Assembly (NCBI GenBank): GCA_963848295.1
Contig: CAWKDB010000010.1
Location: forward strand, 1,600,001-1,664,000
Direction: 5' to 3'
Source of the DNA: an uncultured delta proteobacterium
GTDB taxonomy: Bacteria > Myxococcota_A > Polyangia > Haliangiales > Haliangiaceae
Length of the DNA: 64,000 nucleotides
Positions 1-9,986 of this stretch are shown one piece after another; positions within the stretch are counted from its first letter, which is position 1, and each line of letters starts with the position of its first letter. A program made the position numbers and the translations under genes. Below the pieces are notes generated by a model, which saw nothing but the letters and a program-made list of their open reading frames with translations, ran no database searches and was not told the origin of the DNA.

Positions 1-48
1 CCGGTCAAGCTACCACCGTTCCACTACGTCGAAGACGAGGTGGCGTAA
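1..48 (+). CDS. 3' end of an upstream CDS (partial, ...PVKLPPFHYVEDEVA*)
   Basis: Frame is open from base 1 to TAA at 46-48, which overlaps the next ATG (TAATG), suggesting translational coupling. Confidence 0.55.
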   Translation, partial: PVKLPPFHYVEDEVA

Positions 49-833
49 TGATCGAGCTCGAGCCAATTGTCACACGCGTCGCCCATACCGGTGCCGACGA
101 GCTCCGCTTCCAGGGACGCAAGGTCTTCGCCGAGCTGCTCGGCCACGCGTCGGTCGGGCAGATGCTCGTGCTTGGGATCAGCGGCAAGCTGCTCGATGCG
201 GAGGCGATCGCGATCATCGACGACATCGTGACCGCGATGTCCTCGGCCGATCCGCGCATGTGGCCGTTCAAGTTGACCCGGCTCGGCGCGGCGCACGGGC
301 TTGCATCACTCGGCACCTCGGTAAGTCTGATCGCCGCTGAGGGCGGAATGTTCGGCTCGAATCGGATGTTGGCCTCGACGACCTGGCTGCTCGACCTTCA
401 CGGAGCCGTCGGCGCGGGACCGATCGAGAAGGCTGCGATCCTGGACGCCCTCGATCGCGATTCCCGCGGGTTCGGAGTCCTCTACCGCGCTCGTGACGAG
501 CGATTCGAGGCCCTAGTACGACAGATCGTTCGACGCGGTCGTGCCGAGCGTCCCTTCACGGCGCTATGCCTGCGCGCAGTCGAGGTCGCTCGCACCGAGC
601 GTAAGGTCGAACCACATGTGTTCCTCGTGGTCGCCGCGATCTGCCTCGACCTCGGCATCGCGCCCCACGCCATCGCCAGCGTCGCGACCTTGTTGCTGTT
701 TCACGATTCGTTGGCAAACGCGGTCGAAGGTGCGCATCAGCACCCAACCTCCCTACAGTCGCTGCCTCGCCGATGCGTTGACTATGTAGGAGTTCCAACG
801 CGCACGAGCGAGCGCGCGAACCGATCGAAATAG
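48..833 (+). CDS. Citrate synthase/citryl-CoA lyase-like fold protein with degenerate active site
   Basis: N-terminal 'TRVAH...LRFQGRKVFAELLG', 'GFGVLYRARDERF' (resembles GFGH..DPR) and 'AAICLDLG' resemble citrate-synthase-like proteins. Confidence 0.6.
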   Translation: MIELEPIVTRVAHTGADELRFQGRKVFAELLGHASVGQMLVLGISGKLLDAEAIAIIDDIVTAMSSADPRMWPFKLTRLGAAHGLASLGTSVSLIAAEGGMFGSNRMLASTTWLLDLHGAVGAGPIEKAAILDALDRDSRGFGVLYRARDERFEALVRQIVRRGRAERPFTALCLRAVEVARTERKVEPHVFLVVAAICLDLGIAPHAIASVATLLLFHDSLANAVEGAHQHPTSLQSLPRRCVDYVGVPTRTSERANRSK

Positions 834-873
834 CGGGACACGCGCGCGATGCGATACGATCGAAGGACATGAC

Positions 874-1389
874 ATGATCGCAGCACCTCCGGGGCTTCGG
901 CTGATCGAAGCCACTGAAAAATGGGCGATGGGGGAGTACGAACGCTGCTTGGCGATGATCTGGAGCGGTCAGCCAGATCCCGAAGCGATGCGAAGGCGCG
1001 CAGCGCAGCTCGTCGAGCTCTGCGGGAAGTACCCCGGCCGGTGCGCGCTCGTCGAGGTCGTCGAACCGACGTCGAAGCCGCCCAACAATCAAACCCGCAA
1101 GATCGCGATGGATGTGTTCCGCGAGCTAGGTCCGAAGCTCTCGTCGATTAGCTTCGTGCTCGAGGGTGGCCAGATGAGCTCGGTGCTCGCCCGCGCGGTG
1201 ATCACGGGCATGCTGTTCTTCCTGAAGCAGCCCCAGCCGTCGAAGGTATTCAAGCACGTCCGCGACATGGCTAATTGGGTCAAGCCGCGCATCCAACCCG
1301 ACAACCCGGAGTTCGAAGTCGGGCTCGGTGCTGCGTTCGAACATCTTCGCGAGGTCATGCGCTCGCACGGACACGGTAGTTCGCAGTAA
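874..1389 (+). CDS. STAS/SEC14 (SpoIIAA-like) domain protein
   Basis: 171 aa alpha/beta pattern; 'SISFVLEGG...ARAVITGM...KVFKHVRDMANWV' resembles myxobacterial STAS/SEC14-like proteins. Confidence 0.5.
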   Translation: MIAAPPGLRLIEATEKWAMGEYERCLAMIWSGQPDPEAMRRRAAQLVELCGKYPGRCALVEVVEPTSKPPNNQTRKIAMDVFRELGPKLSSISFVLEGGQMSSVLARAVITGMLFFLKQPQPSKVFKHVRDMANWVKPRIQPDNPEFEVGLGAAFEHLREVMRSHGHGSSQ

Positions 1390-1397
1390 CTTGCAGC

Positions 1398-3786
1398 GTG
1401 GTCGAGGATGTCGCGAGCGCCGACGCCGTCGCCGAGCTAGAGCGTCAAGCGCGCCGGCTCGATACCGCATATAGCGTCATCCAGGCGGTCCACGAAGAGC
1501 TCGCGCTCGATCACATGGTGGCATCGATCGCCCAGCAGCTCGTCGAGGTCGCCGGATTCAGCGGCGCCGAGATCCGGCTGAACGCCGACTTCGACGGGTT
1601 TCATGTCGAACAATCGGCGTCCGCAGGTACTCCTCCGGCGACGCAGAGCTGACGCGGGTCACACCGATCTTCATCCGCGGCACCGAGATCGGGACGATCG
1701 TGACGCACTTCCGCTCGGTCGACGCGATGGGCGAGCAGTCCGAGCTCCTCGAGTTCGTGCTGCCGACTCTGTCCTCGGCATCGATCACGCGGTGTCGTTC
1801 GCCGAGGTGCTCGACTACCGGGCCACGCTGGAGAAGCGCGTCGAGGAACGCACCGCCGAGCTCCACGAGGCCCATGTCCAGCTCGAGCACACGATCGAAG
1901 ACCTTCGCGAGACCAGGCTGTCGCGCGACCGATTCTTCGCGAACATCAACCACGAGATCCGCACGCCGCTGACGCTGATCCAACTTGCCGCCGAGGCGGT
2001 GACGCTGTCACGTGAGGCGACGCCGATGGTGCGCGAACGCGGCGAGGAGATCCACACCGCAACCCGGCGGTTGCTGCATCTCGTCAACAGCTTGCTCCAG
2101 CTCGCCGCCGGTCACGAAGGCAAGCTCCAGGTCAAGCCGCGCGCGGTCGACGCCGCGGCGAACGTGCGCAACCTCGTCGCGAGCTGGAACACCGCTGCCA
2201 GCCACGCGCGCATCGAGCTCGCGTTCGACGGGCCCGAGCACTGCCCCGCGTCACTCGATGAAGCGGCGCTCGACACCGTCGTCGGCAACTTGGTGTCGAA
2301 CGCGGTGAAGTTCACCCCGCCCGGTGGGCGCGTCACCACGTCGATGCGCGCGACCGACAGCGAGATCACGATCGGCGTCCGCGACACAGGCGTCGGCATC
2401 GATCCCGAGTTCATCCCGAAGCTGTTCGGTAGGTTCGAACGGTCGACCAGCACCTCGGGGATTCGCGGCAGCGGCATCGGCCTCGCGCTCGCGAAAGATC
2501 TGGTCGAGCTGCAGGGCGGCACGCTGGCGGTGTTCCGCCACGAGGATCCTCGGGGCACCGAGTTCGTGCTGACGCTGCCGCGTCATCAACCGATCGCGGC
2601 GGTGATCGCGGACCCGAGCAGCGCACCGCAGCGCCGACCGATTCCGCTGACCCCGACGACGCCACAGCCGGACGTCGAAGTGAGCGTCCGCGCACCCGCC
2701 CCGATCGCGCCGGAGCATGCGGCAGCGACGATCGTGCTCGCCGAGGATGACGCCGGGCTCGCCCGTCAGGTCGCCAACATCCTGTCGGAACACTACCGCG
2801 TGTTGGTCGCTAGCAACGGCAGGGATGCGCTCGAGCTCGCGAGAAAACATCGCCCGGACTTGCTCGTTACCGACCTCGACATGCCGGAGATGGACGGCAT
2901 CGAGCTGACCAAGCAGTTCGTCGCGATCGAGGGGATGGCGTTGTCGCCGGTGTTGATCGTGAGCGCTCACTCCGGGCTCGGCGAGCGGCTCGCGGGGTTC
3001 GAGGCCGGTGCGGTGGACTACGTCACGAAGCCATTCTCGGCCGAGGAGCTGCTCGCCCGCATTCGCTCCCAGCTCGCGATGCGCAAGCTCGCGCTTCGGC
3101 TACACGAGAACGAGAAGCTCGCGGCGATGGGCATCATGTCGGCCGGGCTCGCGCACGAGCTGCGCAATCCGGCGAACGCGATCGTCAACGCGCTCGACCC
3201 GCTGCTGTCGCTGCTGCCCGAGGCTCAACGCCAGCCGGGATCGGCCGGCAAGTTGCTATCGCAAGTGCTGACCACCGCCGGCACTCAGCTGCGCGATCGC
3301 TGCCGCAGCATCCTCGACCTGTCGCGCACCGGCAAGTTCGACCGAAAGCCGGAGGCGCTCGCCCCCTTGATCGCGCGGTCGCGGCTCGTGCTCCGCACCC
3401 AGCTCGCCGAGATCACCGTGGTCGAGACCGCCAACGTGCAACCGGCGTCGTGTTCCGGATCCATGATCGAACAGATCCTGGTCAACCTGCTCGATAACGC
3501 CGCGTACGCTGCCGGGCGCGGCGGCACGATCTGGATCGAGGCGCGCGACGAAGGCGATCTCGCGGTGGTCGAGATCAGGGACAGCGGCGCCGGCGTGCCT
3601 CCGGCGCTACGCCAACGGATCTTCGAGCCGTTCTACACGACGAAGCCCGTGGGCATCGGCACCGGCTTGGGCTTGAGCGTGTCGCGCCGGATCGCGCTCG
3701 ATCACGGTGGCGACCTTCGCATCGTCGCGCGCGGCGACGACACCGTGTTCAGGCTCGAGCTACCACGTCAGCAACGCGCGAGTTGA
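1398..3786 (+). CDS. Hybrid sensor histidine kinase (GAF-like, HisKA/HATPase, REC, second HisKA/HATPase), broken by two 1-bp deletions near 1630 and 1772
   Basis: H-boxes 'NINHEIRTPL' and 'GLAHELRNPA'; N and G boxes 'NLVSNAVKFT', 'RDTGVGI', 'GSGIGL', 'NLLDNA', 'GTGLGL'; REC 'AEDD..VTDLDMP..KPF'. The N-terminus continues across three frames. Confidence 0.85.
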
Positions 3787-5125
3787 GCGCCGCCCCCGGG
3801 CCGATCCGCGGAGCTGGTGCCGCGCGTACGACCAAGCCTTTGCTCGGGGTCAGGAACGCGCCGCGCCAGCTCGGCACGACCTCGCGCTGGACGATCTCGA
3901 GCGAGAACCGCTCGATCATCGACGCGAGCACGAGCTTGATCTCGAACATCGCGAACGGCATGCCGAGGCAGCGCCGCGTCCCGCCGCCGAACGGCACGGA
4001 CTCGTACGGCGAGTACTTCGCGGTCATGAACCGCTCGGGCCAGAACTCGCCGGCGCGCTCGAACACCTGTGGCTTGCGGTGGACGGCGTGAAACGCGACG
4101 CTGACCATCGCGCCGGCAGGAACGCGATATCCGCCGAGCGTGAAGTCGCGCTTGACGATCCGGCCGCTGCCGTTCGGGATCATCGAGTAGTAGCGCAGCG
4201 ACTCGCGGATCACGGCGTCCATGTACGGCAGCTCGCCGCCGACGCCGTTCGGGCTCGCCGCGAGCTCGGCGCGCAGCTTCGCGAGCACGCTCGGCCGGCT
4301 GAACACCGCGTAGCTCAGCCATGTGAGCGACATCGCGGTGGTCTCGTGACCGGCGGCCACGATCGTCATGATCTCGTCGCGGACCTCGTCGTCCGAGAGC
4401 GGCGAGCCGTCGTCGTGGCGCGCCGCGAGCAAGAGGCCGGTGATGTCGTTCTGTTCGGTCAGGTCGGCGCGGCGCCGGCGGATCTCGGTCTCGACCGCCG
4501 CCCGCGCAGCGGCGACGACGCGCAGCACCCGACCCCACGGACTGAGCGCACCGAGATCGCGTTGCAACGCCGGGAACATCAGCAAGCGCGACGTCACCGC
4601 GCGGTTCGCGAAGTTGCGCAACGCCTCGAGCAGCTCGCCGACCAGCCGCGGTGGCGTCGCCGAGAACAGCGCGCGCCCGATCACATCGAACGCGATGCGA
4701 TGCATGTATGGATGGAGCGCGAACGTGCCGCCCTTCGGCATCGCGTCGAGCGTGCGCTCGCAGGCATCGAGCATGACCGGCCGAAACCCTTCCATCATCT
4801 CGCCGCGAAACCGGGGCAGCATCAGCCGGCGGCGCTTGAGGTGCGCCGGACCGTCGAGCAACAGCGTCGACGACTGGCCGAGCAGCTTGCCGAAGATCTT
4901 GATCTTCGCCTCGCCCGCGACCAGCGTGTCCTCGCCGGAGGTGTAGACCTCTTTCGCGAGCTCGGGCGAGCACACGAACACCATGCCGTGATTGACGAGC
5001 TTGATCGAGAACACATCGCCGTAGCGACGCTGGCACTGCTCGATGTAGCCGATCGGATCGCGCATGTAGCGGATGCGCTGGACCAGCGGCGAGTCGGTGG
5101 GGCCGGGGACGGCGATGGGCGACAT
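3749..5125 (-). CDS. Cytochrome P450
   Basis: I-helix 'AAGHETT', ExxR 'ESLR', 'PERF' and heme motif 'PFGGGTRRCLG'. ATG at 5125 has GGAG upstream. Confidence 0.95.
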   Translation of the reverse strand: MSPIAVPGPTDSPLVQRIRYMRDPIGYIEQCQRRYGDVFSIKLVNHGMVFVCSPELAKEVYTSGEDTLVAGEAKIKIFGKLLGQSSTLLLDGPAHLKRRRLMLPRFRGEMMEGFRPVMLDACERTLDAMPKGGTFALHPYMHRIAFDVIGRALFSATPPRLVGELLEALRNFANRAVTSRLLMFPALQRDLGALSPWGRVLRVVAAARAAVETEIRRRRADLTEQNDITGLLLAARHDDGSPLSDDEVRDEIMTIVAAGHETTAMSLTWLSYAVFSRPSVLAKLRAELAASPNGVGGELPYMDAVIRESLRYYSMIPNGSGRIVKRDFTLGGYRVPAGAMVSVAFHAVHRKPQVFERAGEFWPERFMTAKYSPYESVPFGGGTRRCLGMPFAMFEIKLVLASMIERFSLEIVQREVVPSWRGAFLTPSKGLVVRAAPAPRIGPGAALNSRVADVVARA

Positions 5126-5136
5126 GATGACTCCGA

Positions 5137-7281
5137 TTAGTTCGCGATCGACAAGTGACGCGCCGATGCCGGGCGCGCGGGCGTGTGGACCGGTGCATTC
5201 GAGATCATCGTCGCGACGCGATCTTGCTTGACCATCGCGATGTCCTGATCGATGTGGACATCGAAGATCACCGGTCCGGTGACCTGCCGCATCATCCAGG
5301 TCGCGGCGCGAAACTGAGCGACGCTCGTGATCTTCATCGTCTGCGCACCGAGGCCGCGCGCGACCGAGCACACGTCGAGCGGTGCGGTCGAATACTTGGG
5401 ACGGCGGCCGTAGACCGTCTCGTGGCCGCGCTCGACCATGCCGAGGCGCGCGTCGTTGAACACGAACACGCGGATCGGCAGCTGCTCTTGCACTGCGGTC
5501 GCGATCTCGAACGCGTTCATCGCGAAGCAGCCATCGCCGCAGATCGCGGTGACCGTGCGGTCGGGGTGCGCGAGCTGTGCGCCGATCGCCGCGCCGATCG
5601 ATTGGCCCATCGAGCCGAGTCCGGTCATCACGATGAACGAGTCGGGCAGGGCGATCTCGAGGTACTGCACGGCGAACAGGAAGTGCTCGCCGGAGTCGAT
5701 GGTGTAGATCGTGTCCGCCGGCAAGAGGCTTTGTATGTTCGCGGATCGCGTCATGCGGCGCCGACCTTGTCGGTGCGCAGCGAGGCCGGCAGCACGTGAC
5801 GCTCGACGCCGTAGACGCCCGGCTTCGGCACGCTGCCGTCGAGCATGTCGGCGAGCCCACCGAGGAGCTCGGCTGCCGATGCGACGACCGCGTGAGTCGG
5901 CGTGTAGCTCTTGCCGATCTGACGGGCGTCGATGTCGATGTGAACGAGCGCGCGCGTGCCTTGCAGCTGCGGCGCGAACCCGTCGGTCGACATGTCGCCG
6001 AGGCTCGTGCCGATCGCGATCACGACATCGACGTCGCTGTCGAGGTACTTGCGCGCCGACGGATGCCCGCCGAGCCCGAGCACGCCGAGCGCGAGCGGAT
6101 GATCTTCGGGGAACACGCCCTTGGCCTTCGGCGTCGTCGCGACCGGGCAACCGAAGCGCTCGGCCACCGTGCGCAGCCGCGCCGGCGCGCCGTCTCCGCG
6201 CACGCCGCTGCCCGCGAGGATCAGCGGCCGCTTCGCGCCGCGGACCAGCTCGATGAGCTCTTCGAGGATCTCCGGCGCGACGTGCTCGCCGAACGTGACC
6301 GAGCCGCCGACGCGCGGCATCGAGGTCTGCGCGGTCGTCACGTCGATCGGCAGCGTCAGCATCACCGGACCCTTGCGGCCCGAGCAGCGCCGTCGCGATC
6401 GCACGGCGCAGCAGGTGCGGCAGCGCGCTCGGCCGCGGCACCTCGGCCGACAGCTTCGTGACGTGGCGCGCCATCTCGACGAGCTGGAGCCCGTGCGCCG
6501 AGCCGTCTTGCAAGACGCCCTTGCCATGCGCGAGGCGAGCGACCTCGCCGACGAGCAACAACACCGGCAAGCCGTCGCACCAGGCCGAGGCGAGGCCGGT
6601 CATCGAGTTGAGCGCACCCGGACCGGACGTGACGGCGACGACGCCGAGCTTGCCGGTCGCGCGCGCGTAGGCCGCCGCCGCGAACATCGCTCCGCTCTCG
6701 TGCCGGGTCGTGACGACGCGGATGTTCGTGTCCATCAACGCATCGTGGATCGGCGAGATCGCACCGCCGGGCAGGCCGAACACGACCTCGACACCGGCGT
6801 CGACGAGCATGTTGACGACCAGGTTCGCACCGCGGAGCTGCACCGGCTTTGCCGCCGGCACTTCGTCGAACTCGCCGGTCTGCTCGACCTCGAACTCGCT
6901 CGGGGTCGCGTGCGCCGCGACCGAGGCGACGAGCGCCTTGACGTCGAACGGCTTCGACACCACGCAGCGCGCTCCCGCGGCGCGGGCGACGTCTTCGAGG
7001 TCCGGCGCGACCACCGCGGTCGCGAGCACGATGTCGATATCGCGAGTCTCGGGGTTTGCCTTGATCCGGCGGCACGCTTCGATGCCATCGAGGCCCGGCA
7101 TGAACACGTCCATCACGATCAGGTCGGGTTTCGCGAGGCCGACTTGCAGCATCGCGTCGACTCCGTTGTCTGCGAACCGCGCATCGACCAGCTGCTGACC
7201 CCGCAACACCCGCTCCACCGCCCGGAGTTGTGACGCGTCGTCATCGACGACGAGTAGACGAGTTGTACCAGTGGAAAGCAT
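5137..7281 (-). CDS. Receiver domain fused to an acetolactate-synthase-like ThDP-dependent enzyme, with three 1-bp insertions near 6371, 5761 and 5737
   Basis: REC 'LLVVDDD..IVMDVFMP..LAT..SKPF'; PYR domain 'FGLPGG', 'TRHESGA', 'TSGPG'; middle domain 'RPLILAGSG' lies in a shifted frame; ThDP motif 'GDGCFAM...FND'. Confidence 0.85.
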   Translation of the reverse strand: MLSTGTTRLLVVDDDASQLRAVERVLRGQQLVDARFADNGVDAMLQVGLAKPDLIVMDVFMPGLDGIEACRRIKANPETRDIDIVLATAVVAPDLEDVARAAGARCVVSKPFDVKALVASVAAHATPSEFEVEQTGEFDEVPAAKPVQLRGANLVVNMLVDAGVEVVFGLPGGAISPIHDALMDTNIRVVTTRHESGAMFAAAAYARATGKLGVVAVTSGPGALNSMTGLASAWCDGLPVLLLVGEVARLAHGKGVLQDGSAHGLQLVEMARHVTKLSAEVPRPSALPHLLRRAIATALLGPQGSGDADAADRRDDRADLDAARRRLGHVRRARRAGDPRRAHRAGPRREAAADPRGQRRARRRRAGAAAHGGRALRLPGRDDAEGQGRVPRRSSARARRARARRASVGAQVPRQRRRCRDRDRHEPRRHVDRRVRAAAARHARARSHRHRRPSDRQELHADSRGRRIGSRAPRWARRHARRQRAEAGRLRRRASRAAGLAAHRQGRRRMTRSANIQSLLPADTIYTIDSGEHFLFAVQYLEIALPDSFIVMTGLGSMGQSIGAAIGAQLAHPDRTVTAICGDGCFAMNAFEIATAVQEQLPIRVFVFNDARLGMVERGHETVYGRRPKYSTAPLDVCSVARGLGAQTMKITSVAQFRAATWMMRQVTGPVIFDVHIDQDIAMVKQDRVATMISNAPVHTPARPASARHLSIAN

Positions 7282-7319
7282 CGCGGCCTTATACTCCGAA
7301 GGAGGTTGGCGGCGCGCTA

Positions 7320-8783
7320 CTACTTGGTGAGCCTTCGAACAGCGCGTCGCAGCTCGCCTACATCGAACGGCTTCTCGAAATATATAGGGCCGAGATTCGC
7401 CAGTGCGCGAGCGGCCGCCGGGTCGCCCGCGGTGACGAGAATGAACCGAGGTACGTGATGCGGCGACCGGACTTGCAGGTCCCGGACGAGCTCGATCCCA
7501 CTCATTCCAGGCATCTGGACGTCGCACACGACCGCGGCGAATTGCTCTCCCGAGATGAACCGTTGTAACGCCGAGACCGCTGAGTGCTCGACGACGACCT
7601 CGTAGTCCCGCGCCAGCAGCCTGCGCAGCGAGGTGGCGACGATGACGTCGTCGTCGACCACTAGCACGCGGGCCCGCCGGCCGAGCGCGGTCGGTCCGGA
7701 ATCTGCCTCATCGGAGCTCCCTGGCCCGCTCGGCGCATCCTCGGTCGGCCACGTGATCCGGACCCGATGACCGGCATCGAGCTCGAACGTGATGGTGCCG
7801 CCGATCGAGCGCACGATCTCCCTGAACAACGCGAGCTCGACGCCGAGCGCGCCCGTCGGGTCGACCACCGGGCCGACGTTCGGGCCGGTCGCATGGAGCT
7901 CGACGAGCGCCCATCCAGCGGAATCGACGCGGGTCGCGATCGCGAGTTGGCCGAGCTCGGGCCCACCGGGCTGGAACGCGCGCGCGATGTAGACCAGCAG
8001 CTTGACGAACAACGTCGCGATCCGCGCTTCGTTCGCGGTCAGCTCGGGGAGCGGCGCGAAGTGCGTGACGACGCGCGCCCGATCGAACAGCTGGAAGTCG
8101 ATGAGATCGATCGTGTCGCGCAGCGCGCGCACGACGTTCACTCGAGCCACCACATTGGGCGCGCGAGCGAAGGCGCCGAGGGCGCTCACGACCCGCTTGA
8201 TCCGCTCCACGCCGGACCGGGCATCGCGCATCATCGCGGAGACTTCGCTCGCGTCGAGCTTGGCGCCGGATCCGCTCAGGCCGTCGAGCATCTCGAGGTT
8301 CGCGGCGAGAAACGCGAGCGGGTTGTTGATGCCGTGGACGACGCCGGACGCGACATGCGATAGCGATGACATTCGCTCCGCCAGCGCCAGGCTCGCCGCG
8401 CGTTCGTTGCGCGCGGTCAGATCGCGCGCGATCGTCACCATGCCGACGCTCGCGCCGCTGTCGTCACGCAACGGCACCGACGCGAGCTCGACGTCGACGA
8501 TCGCGCCATCCTTGTTGAGCCAGCGCGTCTCGAACGGGCCGCAGTGCGAGCCGCGCGCGATCCGCTCGCGTCGGATCCGAGCTTCGCTGCGATCGTGCGC
8601 CGGGACGATCAGCTCGCTCGACCGGCCGACCATCTCGTCGCCGGTGTAACCGACGAGATGCTCCGCCCCGCGACTCCATCGCGTGATCGTGCCCTCGAGC
8701 GTCTCGTAGACGATCGCGTCCGGCGAGGCCTCTTCCAGGGCGAGCAGACGATGGTCGACGAGTGGGGTCGTATCGCTCGACAT
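7320..8783 (-). CDS. PAS, HisKA, degenerate HATPase and REC hybrid kinase
   Basis: PAS 'SPDAIV..GTITRWSRGAEHLVGY'; H-box 'VVHGINNPL'; C-terminal REC 'VVDDD..VCDVQMP..EKPF'. Confidence 0.85.
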   Translation of the reverse strand: MSSDTTPLVDHRLLALEEASPDAIVYETLEGTITRWSRGAEHLVGYTGDEMVGRSSELIVPAHDRSEARIRRERIARGSHCGPFETRWLNKDGAIVDVELASVPLRDDSGASVGMVTIARDLTARNERAASLALAERMSSLSHVASGVVHGINNPLAFLAANLEMLDGLSGSGAKLDASEVSAMMRDARSGVERIKRVVSALGAFARAPNVVARVNVVRALRDTIDLIDFQLFDRARVVTHFAPLPELTANEARIATLFVKLLVYIARAFQPGGPELGQLAIATRVDSAGWALVELHATGPNVGPVVDPTGALGVELALFREIVRSIGGTITFELDAGHRVRITWPTEDAPSGPGSSDEADSGPTALGRRARVLVVDDDVIVATSLRRLLARDYEVVVEHSAVSALQRFISGEQFAAVVCDVQMPGMSGIELVRDLQVRSPHHVPRFILVTAGDPAAARALANLGPIYFEKPFDVGELRRAVRRLTK

Positions 8784-8916
8784 GGTGCGGCGTGCACGAG
8801 ACCGATATAGCTTTTTACTCTGGTCGTGTTGCTCGGCGCAATGCTGAGGCTTCATCACGACGCGATGAGGCGATCGCTCCCGGACCGGGGTGTAGGTGGA
8901 CCTGGGTAGAGCGCGA

Positions 8917-9903
8917 CTAGGTCTTGTGCCGGAGCCAGCGATGCAGCGTCGACGGGTCGATCCCGAGCTGTTGCGCTGCTTTCGTCTTGTTGTGATCGCA
9001 GCGCTCGAGCACCCACGCGACGTACTCGGCCTCGACCTCGCGGAGTGTGGCCCGGCGCTCGCGCGGTAGCTCGTAGCGCTCGGTGCCATGGTCTCGGACG
9101 ACGTACGGCACGAAGCGCGCGATATCGGCGGCCGACAGCTCGCGGGTGCCGCCGAACACGGTGAGGCGTTCGATCAGATTCTCGAGCTCCCGGACGTTAC
9201 CGGGCCAGGCGTAGCGGCTGAGTAGCGGGACGACGTCCGGCGCCAACTGTTCGACCGTCGCGCGCGGATTGCGCGTTCGCGCCCGATCGAAGAAGTGCGC
9301 GACGAGGGCCGGGAGATCCTGGGGGCGCGCCCGCAGCGGTGGGACGGCGATCGGCACGACGTCGAGGCGATAGAACAGATCCGCCCGGAACTGGCCGGTG
9401 CGGATTCGCTCCTCGAGATCGCGATTCGTCGCGGCGATCACGCGGACGTCGACGTGGCGAGCACGATCGGCGCCGACCGCGCGCACCTCGCCGTCCTGGA
9501 GCACGCGCAGCAACTTCGCTTGCAACGTCGACGGCATGTCGCCGACCTCGTCGAGGAACAGCGTGCCGCCGCTCGCCTCCGCGAACAGCCCGTCGCGGCC
9601 GCCGACCGCGCCCGTGAACGCGCCGCGAGCGTGACCGAACAACTCGGTCTCGACGAGCGCTTCCGGCATCGCGGTGCAGTTGATCGCCACGAACGGTCCG
9701 GCTCGGCGCGGGCTCGCGTCGTGGATCGCACGCGCGACGAGCTCCTTGCCGGTGCCGCTCTCGCCGCGGATCAACACCGGCGCAGGCGACGGGGCGACGC
9801 ACTCGATGAGCCGAACGAGCTCCGCGATCGCATCGCTCGTGCCGACGAGTCGCGGTGTGGTTGCCGGGGAAATGTCGAAGCTATAGTCGGGCGCGGAACG
9901 CAT
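8917..9903 (-). CDS. Sigma54-dependent activator (AAA+ and Fis-type HTH) with no N-terminal regulatory domain
   Basis: 'GESGTGKE', 'ELFGHARGAFTGA', 'LFLDEVG', '[10 protein letters not shown]' and HTH 'NKTKAAQQLGI'. The longer upstream ORF extension is not protein-like. Confidence 0.9.
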   Translation of the reverse strand: MRSAPDYSFDISPATTPRLVGTSDAIAELVRLIECVAPSPAPVLIRGESGTGKELVARAIHDASPRRAGPFVAINCTAMPEALVETELFGHARGAFTGAVGGRDGLFAEASGGTLFLDEVGDMPSTLQAKLLRVLQDGEVRAVGADRARHVDVRVIAATNRDLEERIRTGQFRADLFYRLDVVPIAVPPLRARPQDLPALVAHFFDRARTRNPRATVEQLAPDVVPLLSRYAWPGNVRELENLIERLTVFGGTRELSAADIARFVPYVVRDHGTERYELPRERRATLREVEAEYVAWVLERCDHNKTKAAQQLGIDPSTLHRWLRHKT

Positions 9904-9986
9904 GATGCACCTGGCCGGCTTTGCGGAGAGCGAGCGTCGACCGTGGAGCGGCGACGTCGCGGTTGATCGATTCGAGCTGCGAACGA

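Noticed and set aside
5730..6380. Programmed ribosomal frameshifting as an explanation for the ThDP gene breaks
   Set aside because: It would need three separate shifts and there are no canonical slippery heptamers. Sequence error is simpler.
9959..9971. Minus-strand atcgatcaaccgc resembling the start of the 57-bp repeat
   Set aside because: The match is only about 12 nt with a gap and the two hairpins do not follow, so it could be chance.
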